A stretch of DNA of 64,000 bases. Source: a virus. Of this stretch, positions 50,800 to 60,800 are shown piece after piece. Where the stretch lies: positions 1 to 64,000 of IMG/VR virus record IMGVR_UViG_3300032093_000041. One strand, 5' to 3'. How positions within the stretch are numbered: position 1 is the first letter of the stretch; the number at the start of each line of letters is the position of its first letter. The notes under the pieces were generated by a model. That model searched no databases. It had not been told where the DNA came from and worked only from the letters and a program-made list of their open reading frames with translations. The translations under genes and the position numbers were made by a program.

Positions 50800-53700
50800 A
50801 TGCTTATTGAAAACGAAGACGAGAAGCCTAGGAACAGAAAGCTTCGACGCAACAAAAAAAACTGGGAAAAGCTTAGAGAAAAACCAATTGTCGCTATCGA
50901 TACCCTGTCTGGTGGCGGTCTTGTTTCAGGTCAAATATCGGGCAAAGCTCTGGGAGGACGCATAGGTCGTCGTATTGGTGGAGCCTCTAAGCCAATGGAT
51001 ATGAATCCGACTACAGCAAGAGACGCCGACATGGACGGAATGGTCTTAGAGGGCATACCAACAATTCGCCAAGGAAGAGGAATGCCAGACCCCACACCGG
51101 GAGGCGAAGTCGCCGGCCGAATGGGCAGGGAGCAAAATAAAGAAGAGTTTGTAGGTGTAGACAAGCTTTTGCGCCAACATTTTTCACAGTTTGCAAAGTT
51201 TCAAGAATGGACGAAAAACAAAGATTGGAACGCATTCCATAGAAACCATTTTGACTGGTGGATGTTTCCAATCCCTCTCGGTTCTAATTCATATAGGGAT
51301 GAGTACAACATTGCCGGGGAACCGCTAGAAGAACTACGGCAAAACAAACGCTACATGGCAACGCTGGCGAGCGCAATGAGGATGTACACACGTTCAATCG
51401 GCTGGGACATGGACAGTCAAGAGTGGATAAATAACGCCGAAATAGAACGTGGGCAAGAGCCAGTTAGAAGCCTTAATCGTGCTCGCTTACTCAAAATTGC
51501 CCAGTCAGCTGAAGCTCATGGTCTAGATAATGAACTTAGCTCGATGAGCCACATGGTCAACGACATGCGTTCGAACGGCATCCCAACCGGAAATGATGAA
51601 TACTGGAATTCTATTTCTGGAAGGATGAGCAATCCTGATAGACCAAATTTTCCACTTAACCCAAAACAAGGCGACACTTTCTCTTCAGATGACCCAGAAG
51701 ATACAAGAATATGGAAATTTGATGGAAAGTTATGGGTTAGGCAAGACGGAGGCGGAAGACGCTCCGCGACAGTTGGGTTCCGTAAAGCCGGTGGCAGCGG
51801 GGGTAAAAGTATATCTCCATCAGCTTCTTCTATTAGGGCTGGTTCAGAAAGAACTGTAAAATATGGTTCGCCAGCTTTCGATGAGCTGTGGGAACGCCGC
51901 GACAAAGAAAACGAACAGGCGGACGGCACCAACCTAACATTTGACTGGAAAAATGAAGAGTCAAGGCTTTACTACTTATCAGTATTTGGCAAATTTCCCA
52001 ATACTCATCCTAAAAATAGAAAAAAAGTGGGATGGGCAAAATTTGGTGGGGGTAACGAGCCTGGGAATTATTCTGGGGGAACTCACTCCTGGATTGCTGC
52101 AGTAAAGAATCAATTGCGTGAACTTGGAATTTCACTCGTCCCACAAGAACACCCTAAAATGGGGGACCAATATGGAAGCTGGATTTCTTTCTCCGGCAGC
52201 CCTGGTGCGTCTGCTGCAGAAGGAGCATCAGCAAAACAGCTGTTATCTCATCTTGCAGAAACAATTAGCCCTGATACATTCTATGAACACTTTGAAGCTT
52301 GGATTAGAAATCCATTTGTAACAGCACAAAAAAACGGCAAAGACGTTGGCGTAAGACTTGCTTTCAACAATGATAAAGAAAAGCTTTTAAATGAATACCG
52401 GCGTAGAGTTATAGCGCTACGAGATGCATTGTACTCTCATTTTGGTAACGAGGTTGACGAAGTTGCCGAAACAATGGTTAAGCCCCTAACAGACTCATCA
52501 GGAAAATCCAGCACCAATACTGGGAACGATTGGGTAGACCTAACAGAAAATGCTAGATGGGCTTCCAACTTAATCAAACAACAAGTATCAAATATTCTTG
52601 AACAAGAAAAACCTCGCAGCGAAGAACGCCTTGCATATCTTTTAGATTCGCGACTGCAATCAAAGCTACCTGATGAAATAAGGCAACAAATACGAACATC
52701 TCCTAGTTTTATTAGAGGCTTGCTTCAAGAAGAATTCAAAAACAGGGACTGGGGGAGAGGAGATAATTTCTCCCAAATAGATTTAATGCCCTCCGTTGAT
52801 GACGAAACGGTGTCCCTGATTGAAGAATTAGCTGACGAATTTATAGAAAAACTAATAAGCGAAAATGCCGATGTGAGCGTAGTAAGTGACGCAGATTCTA
52901 AAAATTTCATTGATTCATTTGTTCAGGATTCCTCAATGCGGACATCCGCAGCAAAGCCGATGTTGCAGAGCAAACTCAGCAACAGAATAGCTAGAGGACA
53001 AATTTCTGGGAAAATGGGAAATACCCCAGAAAATGACATAGAAGCGAAAGACCTTGAATACGACCCCGACACGCCAGAGCATTTAGGGAACCATTTCACA
53101 TCGAAACATGAAGGGTACGACGTTAGGCCTAACCCTGTAGACAACGTCTTGGATGCGCGCAATACCGGCGCACCACTGGAGTGGCTCGTACCAGGTTCGT
53201 ATCACCCAGAAATAAAAGAATTAGTCAATGGGCTGACGGACAAGGTATTGGAGCTTGGGTTTGCTAGTTACCTACAAACAAATCCAGACTTCTACATGGG
53301 CTCTAAAGATACCGCTGGTCGCGATGCAGCATCGGAATTCAGAGGTTGGCTCGGAGGATGGATTGGAGCAACTGTTTCCAAGATAATGGCCTTGGGTGAT
53401 TTTGGTGAAGATTTTGAACTAGACGACGGTCATAGGGACTTCATAAGAAATTTCGTAGGAGACATGGCCGACACAATGACCCGCTTCTCTGACATACCGC
53501 GTGAAGACCCTGACGGTCGTGGCGGCAACACAATGCAAGTGCTTCGTGGCCTTATTTCTCGTGTTCCTGGATTTGGTTCAGGGGGAAGTATGACAAGCGA
53601 CCTAAGTCAAGAAGTAAATGACATAGCCAGCGGACTAGCAATGCGGGCCATACACGCAGGGTTAAAAATCAACAACATGCAACGTATGGGTATTAGCGAT

Positions 53701-54603
53701 AGACGTAGGGCGAACCAAGACACACTTGACTGGTGGAACTCTGCCATAGGCGCTGGCCTGCTTTCTACATCTCCTAGCGATTATGAGTCGATAGACGATA
53801 TTGGATACGAAAACCTAATGAAAGAGTCGCAAGTATCTGTGGCCATGCCTATTAATGCTGTTTTAAATATGTTTGCTGATAACGAGTTTAAAACGCTATT
53901 TGAAACAAACACCAGCCAAGGCAATGTCAACACTTCAGCTCGGGCCGCAGCAGAATTTGCGATGTTCGGAATCCTCCCCTCATATAAGGGGAAGAGGCCT
54001 GCTTACGGAATTTTGCACGTCGGCGGAATGACAGAAGATGCAATAAAAAACACGAACCAGTACGGACCCATAAGAATTGTCCTAAACCCCGACATGAATG
54101 AAAAGGTTACTTGGACAGAAATTGACTCACTGTCCTTGATGTCAACAGCTTCAACGTTAAAGAACCCGTCACAGCATGGGCTTTTTGGACAAAGGCTTAC
54201 TTCTGACACCCCCTTTACAAGGGTTTCGGCAGCCGACATTATCTCTCTTATCGAGCGTGGCCGAGATGTATCAAATAGCGCAGACGACAAGAGTGCCATA
54301 GGTAGGTCCAAATATGCAGAAGCTCAAATTCATTCAAAGATAACTCTGGAAGACATTCAATACATTGTCGTTGACGACACCGACTTTAGATGGGGGGATA
54401 TTGATTTTCCTCCATTTGGTCCTGATGGGATGATTCTGATGCAGGACGACGATGGTTATGAGGAAGCAGCAGATGAATTTCCCGATGACATTATGGATTA
54501 TGAAGGATTTATTCAGATATCCAAAATTGCAGAATCTCTTAACATTCCCGTTGTTCTGCTCAGTGATATAACAAATGCTGGCGAAGAGGTGGTGAGGCCG
54601 TGA
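50800..54603 (+). CDS. Giant polyvalent protein 3: OGFr-like | unknown domain | DUF3626/ART-like
   Basis: HFDWWMFP...RLLKI..S; FKTLFETNTSQG...RPAYG...QYG...WT..DSL...YAEAQIH; VAGRMG, ISGRMS and ISGKMG between domains. Confidence 0.75.
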   Translation: MLIENEDEKPRNRKLRRNKKNWEKLREKPIVAIDTLSGGGLVSGQISGKALGGRIGRRIGGASKPMDMNPTTARDADMDGMVLEGIPTIRQGRGMPDPTPGGEVAGRMGREQNKEEFVGVDKLLRQHFSQFAKFQEWTKNKDWNAFHRNHFDWWMFPIPLGSNSYRDEYNIAGEPLEELRQNKRYMATLASAMRMYTRSIGWDMDSQEWINNAEIERGQEPVRSLNRARLLKIAQSAEAHGLDNELSSMSHMVNDMRSNGIPTGNDEYWNSISGRMSNPDRPNFPLNPKQGDTFSSDDPEDTRIWKFDGKLWVRQDGGGRRSATVGFRKAGGSGGKSISPSASSIRAGSERTVKYGSPAFDELWERRDKENEQADGTNLTFDWKNEESRLYYLSVFGKFPNTHPKNRKKVGWAKFGGGNEPGNYSGGTHSWIAAVKNQLRELGISLVPQEHPKMGDQYGSWISFSGSPGASAAEGASAKQLLSHLAETISPDTFYEHFEAWIRNPFVTAQKNGKDVGVRLAFNNDKEKLLNEYRRRVIALRDALYSHFGNEVDEVAETMVKPLTDSSGKSSTNTGNDWVDLTENARWASNLIKQQVSNILEQEKPRSEERLAYLLDSRLQSKLPDEIRQQIRTSPSFIRGLLQEEFKNRDWGRGDNFSQIDLMPSVDDETVSLIEELADEFIEKLISENADVSVVSDADSKNFIDSFVQDSSMRTSAAKPMLQSKLSNRIARGQISGKMGNTPENDIEAKDLEYDPDTPEHLGNHFTSKHEGYDVRPNPVDNVLDARNTGAPLEWLVPGSYHPEIKELVNGLTDKVLELGFASYLQTNPDFYMGSKDTAGRDAASEFRGWLGGWIGATVSKIMALGDFGEDFELDDGHRDFIRNFVGDMADTMTRFSDIPREDPDGRGGNTMQVLRGLISRVPGFGSGGSMTSDLSQEVNDIASGLAMRAIHAGLKINNMQRMGISDRRRANQDTLDWWNSAIGAGLLSTSPSDYESIDDIGYENLMKESQVSVAMPINAVLNMFADNEFKTLFETNTSQGNVNTSARAAAEFAMFGILPSYKGKRPAYGILHVGGMTEDAIKNTNQYGPIRIVLNPDMNEKVTWTEIDSLSLMSTASTLKNPSQHGLFGQRLTSDTPFTRVSAADIISLIERGRDVSNSADDKSAIGRSKYAEAQIHSKITLEDIQYIVVDDTDFRWGDIDFPPFGPDGMILMQDDDGYEEAADEFPDDIMDYEGFIQISKIAESLNIPVVLLSDITNAGEEVVRP

Positions 54604-54806
54604 TTGAGCTATTTGCCACCGGGCCAGGTGGGAGACAAAAAATGTTTAAAACCCATTCCGTCATGGTTGGAAATTCTCCTGTCTACTTTGGATACATACT
54701 CAGGAACGGCGAAAAAGGTGGAATAATTAACTTATCGTCCGTTGTTGCCTCTAATCCAGTTTGGACAGTCGTTGACGAATTTATCGCAGATACTAAACCA
54801 GAGTAG
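54600..54806 (+). CDS. Small protein coupled to giant 3 (candidate immunity)
   Basis: GTGA overlap with upstream stop; 68 aa. Confidence 0.55.
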   Translation: MIELFATGPGGRQKMFKTHSVMVGNSPVYFGYILRNGEKGGIINLSSVVASNPVWTVVDEFIADTKPE

Positions 54807-54826
54807 AAGAAATCTTTACAAAACAC

Positions 54827-57800
54827 ATGACTGATACGCAGAACATAGACATTGAGCAAAAAGACGTTCTTGGGGCTCCGCGCAGAGTGCGCACTACCGA
54901 CCCGGACGTTTTCTCTGACCCAGAATCGGCCAGAGTTGCTGCGCGACGTCTTGGATGTATTGGGATTAGAAGATATCTAAACCGCTCAGGCGGAGAGTCA
55001 TGGATGCCATGCACCAATGAGTCCGACTACAGAAAATATAGCGGGATAGGTGTTTCTGGTCGTAGGTTCCGACGCCAGCAGCTGGAAAGAGATATCAGGC
55101 AAATCACCGGCCGAGGCAAGCTTGCAAAGAAGACTTTAGAAGAAGCTGTCGAAACGAAAGCAAGCAAAAAAAATAACTACACAAAGCCGGAATTGCGCGA
55201 GAGAATCAAGCAGCGAATTATGGCTGGCTCTGAGGGTGGAGCCCCCGGACAGTGGTCTGCAAGAAAAGCGCAAATGCTCGCTCAGGCGTATAAAAAAGCA
55301 GGTGGCGGATACAAGACTGGCGGAAAAAGCAAAACGCAACGTTCGCTTTCTTCGTGGACTAAAGAAAAATGGACCACGAGCGACGGTAAAAAAGCTCGCA
55401 GAGGTAGCTACACCAGAAGATACTTGCCAGCTAAAGCGTGGTCAAAGCTGACACCGGCGCAAAGAGCGGCTACCAACAGGAAGAAAATACAGGGTTCTCG
55501 CAGCGGAGAACAGTTTGTCCCTAATACGGATGCGGCAAGAACGGCACGCAAACGTTCAGTTAGGGGCGTAAAACACGTTGAGTTTTATGACGGCATCGAA
55601 ACAAAATCAATCGATGGTCTGATAGAGGAAAAGGCATTATCTCGTCGTTCTTCCAGAAGAACTCTTAGAACTCCTGGTGCGTTGCGTCCTAGATTGGGAG
55701 CAACCGGACAGGATATGAATCCCGCAACAGCGAGAGACGAAGACCTAGACGGCTTAGTTCTTGAAGGAATTCCCACAATTAACCGTGGTCGCGGTGTAAT
55801 TGACCCAACCCCGGGCGGAAGACCGAGTCGGTGGGTGCCAAGAATGCGGCCTCAAAGGACGCAAGCGCCAACACCGGAAGAAAAACCTCAGCCTCGTAGG
55901 CAGTTGCTCCAGCGACCAGAAAGATTGCCAAAACCAAAGGCTGAAAAAGTACGCGAATCTAAACTTAATTGGCTCCCAGAAGATGCTGATAAATGGACAG
56001 AAGACGATGCCCAGAGGTTGCTCGATACGCAAAAAGCTTCCGGTCTTTCTTACGGTGAATTTGCAAAACAGAACGGACTTTTTGCTAACGACGTTCGTGA
56101 ATCAGTAGAAAGACAAAAGTCTCGACGCAAAAAGCGCATCAGTGCTTTTCGCAAAAATAACCCCAAACTTTTTGCTGCTGTTAACAGTTTTGGAGCTGTT
56201 AAAGACGAGGCAATGGAAGCGGTTTCTAGAGGAAAAGTTAACAACTGGGGCTCACTTGTTTCATGGGCGTTTAAAGACAATGACTTAAAGCGCCAAAGAC
56301 TAAACGACAGGGCGGTAAACGACCTATTTAACAATGTGTCAAATGGTCTTGACCCAGACGGAAAGTCAGATGTAGTTCTTGGTTTTGTGCCGTCGCGCAC
56401 GAAACAAGGAGAAATGACTAAGACTTTTGCCCGAGCAAACAATCTTCCCGATGGTTTCGTTAGTAGATACAAGACTCCGAGAACAGCCATACAGCCAGCT
56501 AGAAGAATTACTTCCACGGCCGAACGAGCAGAACGTCGTGGAGAGCGACGCGTTGGAAGAATAAGCAGAGACATAGAGGCAACAGCTAGGGCGTTTGAAA
56601 GGTTTGACGCTATTTCCGGCCGCATGGGTGGGATATCAGGACGCATGGCAACACCGTCTGGCCCAGACTCACAGTGGACAAACCAAGAAAAAGCACAGTG
56701 GAAAGCCGGTCAGTGGCGTAAGAGGTTCCTCTTCGATGAAGCCCTAAGTACTGCAAGGGTTAATTTATCACCTGAAATGCAGGCACATATTGCCAAGTAT
56801 CCTGATGCCGCAACTGCAGCAAGAGCAATCCTTGACCTATCTGACCAAGATTTAGACAAGCTGTTCAAGGGTCATAATGACGCGCTCAAAGCAGCGAACG
56901 TAGCCATTAAACCTCCAAGAAAAGATGAACTTCCGCTTCTTCCGTCTGAAGTTGCTGCAGCAGCACAAATCAAACGTCCTCTCGTTAGAAGCTTCCTTGA
57001 TGAGTACAAAAAAATGGCACCGAATGGGACTTTGTCGCGTCTTGATGTTGACGTACTCTCTAATGAAGACATTGAAGAACTGTTTAATCGCTACATACTG
57101 CCAGAGATGGTCGACCCAACAAAGCTCGATGCTGCTGGTGTAATTGATGTTGCCCAGAGAATTTCTCAACCGGGCCAAGAAAATTCACCGCTGCGCCTGC
57201 TGGACAATCTTGCATATATGGCCGGCGACGATGCGATGAGCCTGGAAGCAAGAAGAAGAGTTCTTCAAGAAAAACTTGCCGCTGGTGTTGCTCAGGGAAC
57301 CATGACCCCGGCTCAACAGCAGGCAACACAAAATGCGCTTGATGCCCTAGATGAAGAACTAGCAAAACTAATAGCTGACTACGAAGCTGGAAAGCCTTTA
57401 GATTCGTCTATACCGTTGCAGCCTTTAGACGACCCGAGGCAAATGCCAAGATGGGCTGGCGGACGTAGGGCGCTTAGTTTTGAAGACCCAGTAACAGCAG
57501 ATGATTACATCATGTTTTTGTTGGAAAACAATGACATTGGCTTCCACCCAGAATGGGGTCCAATCACCAAGCCTGAATGGGAGAACTGGTCAGAAGACAT
57601 ACAGGAGAGGGCCGCAGAAGCAGAACGCGTCTATAGAGAAGGCGGAGAACTAGAAGCTAAAGACGCCATAGACGCTTTGAATGCAGAGTATCAGCAATGG
57701 ACACAGGTTGGTCTTGAGGCAGGATGGATTCAAGAGCCAGAAGAAGACGAAGAGTTTGAAGAACCGCAGCCTGAGCGCCCAATACGTGATGAGTTTGGTG

Positions 57801-60800
57801 TTCTCGATGAAGATTGGGTATGGAACACAGAACACGGTTCCCCCGAAGAGCTTGGCGTAACCGACGACCCAGCAACGTGGGCTCAACACCCGGACAACGT
57901 CGAAGACGACGGCGTAACCCTAATCCCACTTGACGAACTAGAAGAATTGATTCTCAAGTATGCGCCGAAACAGTTTCAAGCTGACCTTCTCGAAATACTA
58001 AAGCCAAGTGAGTGGACAGACCCACACAACGGTCATATCGACCAAAGATACATTGACCTCCCGCCCGAATTAATTGATTATTTTGTCGGACAAGCAATGG
58101 GAACAATGCCGCCGACCCCATCAAGCTCAGGACAGATGCCAACACCAAACCTTGGTGGAATACAAGGTGATGGAGTTGGACTTTCCGACCCGGGCGGACC
58201 AAGACTTCGCAAGGGCATACCTTTTATACCAAGGAACATCAACTGGGACTCTGCATTGCGCATGTTCCAGCGAATTCTAAATAAACAAGGAAAACAAGCA
58301 TCGTCAAAAGGCTCTTATGCAACTGCAAGTCGCCAGTATGACCCAGCACTTGGTGTTTATGACGACTGGGGTGCACTACAGCTACAGAACCAGTTTGTAG
58401 AGGCTGCAAAGGAAGCCCGCGAGCTTTACGTTACGGGAACTGGACAAGATTCTCGCAAAGCTCGAGAGCAGGTTTGGAACCTTCTTCAATCAGGAAGAAC
58501 TCCGCAAGAAATAAGCCATGAACTGATTATTTTTGGTGCAGACCAGCCGGACACAAATAGGCCTCCTCAGCCAATTGATTTGCGTGACTTGGTTAAAGCT
58601 GCAGCAACACAGTACGCAATAGATAACAACATCAAAACTTCAGATGTAACAAAACTTCTCAATGCAGCAGACCAGGCTTTCAATTCTGATACAGCGCGTC
58701 AAGAGGCGTTTAGGAGAAGCCAGCTTGAGCGCTTGCGTGACGACCTAACCCGTCTATTTAGCGGCCAAAGCCCACAACAAATCATTAGCTCTATTGATGG
58801 TCTGATTGAAGAAACAGAAAGAAAGAAATGGTTTGCTGACCAGGCATACAGAATTGAACGCGGACATGATGCTCGGTTAAGAAAAGCCGCTCTTGACCTT
58901 GCTGAGTCATATCCTGTTCCAACCGCTCGTCGCGCAATATTTATGGAACCAGATGGGACCATAACTGACAGCCCAAGCCGTAGAGCAAAAGCCCTCTATC
59001 AGGAGCCATACACTGGCGAAGTAACTGACGACGACACGAGGGGATGGCCTCAGGCGTTTGATGAAGGTTATGACCCAACACAAATAAGTCGGGCACGCCA
59101 TGCTAACCGCATATATCGCTGGTGGAGACAAAACTGGGGTTACATCGAGCGAAACGAAAATGGTGAAATTACTCGCGAATATGTAGGTCCGCTGCAGGGA
59201 ACACTAAAGGCTCATCAGCTTCACGCACGTAAATACGGAAACGAAGGTCTTGCTGGAACAACTGCGTATGCAACAAGAACAGCAGATTCTCGAGTCCAGC
59301 AGCTTCGTGAAGTAAAAAGAACCATAGAGGGGGCGCGGCAAGAGGGTCGAGGCATGGGAATATCTGGCTTCATGCGAAGCGGTGGGCCGAACCTTTACGA
59401 TGAATATTCACGGAAAGCAGCTCGCGTACTTGTTTCGGGACGCCGCAAAAACAAACCTTCATCAATGCTGCTTGGCTACGATTCTGACGAAATGCCAATT
59501 ACAAGAGCAATGAGGACGGCATTTTCTGGAGGAAGTGGGAAGTTCCTTGGAGCATCTAATGAGCATTCATTTGCTGCATTAATGAACCCCGAGAACGTTG
59601 ACTACTTTAAACATCTATCACCGGTGGAGAAAGACTACTTTAGAGCCCTCTACTCAAATCCAGACTTTGTCGTTGCCGTATCAAAAGATGTGACTGCACC
59701 GCTGCCGAACAGAACACGCGGTGCTTCCACCGTCTCCCCAGACGAAGCAATAATAAATGCATTCCGTTCGTCTATGGATGCAACGCGACCAACGATTTCT
59801 GGTCAGATGGGATTGAGGAGAACGCTAAGCAACGCTAGCAGAGTTGCAAGATACAACCCTGAGAGATGGCAGCGAGAATATTTAACAGCTAGAAATAGTT
59901 TCCGGATGACCTCGCCTTTCAGGGGCAAGAAAAAGCAGAACTACAAGCTTGAACAAATAACTCTGAAAGACAGCGTTTTTAAGCCAGTAGAAGGTCTTTA
60001 TCTTGTAGATGCAGATACAAAAAATGTTATCGACGGACCTTTCAAATCAGATGAATTAGGTTTATTGGCCAGTGAAAAAGCCAAGGGCGCAGAAACAAGC
60101 GTTATATCTAAAAATTATCCTCGTCCATGGGAGCAAATGCCTGAGATTCAGGAGCTAATTGCTAACGGCGTGAGTAATGAATTGCGTGATTTTATGACGC
60201 TGGACTCACACAAGATAAGCGACATACGCAGCACTGTTTACGACACTATTGAAGGCAAAATTAACCAATATGCACTAGACCTTGATAAGGGCGTCCCACA
60301 GAAAGCGTCAGATACGGCAATATTTAGTCGCGACCCTGATACGGGGGCGCTAATGGTTCTTCTTATACAAAGAGCGTTCGGTCCACACAAAGACGATACC
60401 GGTGCATGGGTTCTCCCTGGAGGGTTTGCTGACCCTGGCGAAACCGCACTAGAGACAGCATTGCGTGAACTAGAAGAGGAAGTAGGACTAAAAGTAAGTC
60501 CGACAGATGCGCGCGTTAAGCAGATAGGAACAATAACAGCACCAGACTGGGATGTGCGCTTTACAAAAGGCGTAGAGGTCAGTGGTACTGCGTTGTTTGT
60601 ATCTCCAGACGCTGCCTTTAAGGCTGGAGATGACGCGCTGAGAGCGCAATGGTTCCCTGTTCAGGATATAGCGGACGGAAAACTTCCAATCGGGTTCGGA
60701 CATGTCGCGTGGATTAAGAACGCTATGGCTCTGGAAGTTGATGACCCGGCAAACTATGGTCCTGACTACGAAAGTTTAAGAACAGGTTTAGACCGTGTTG

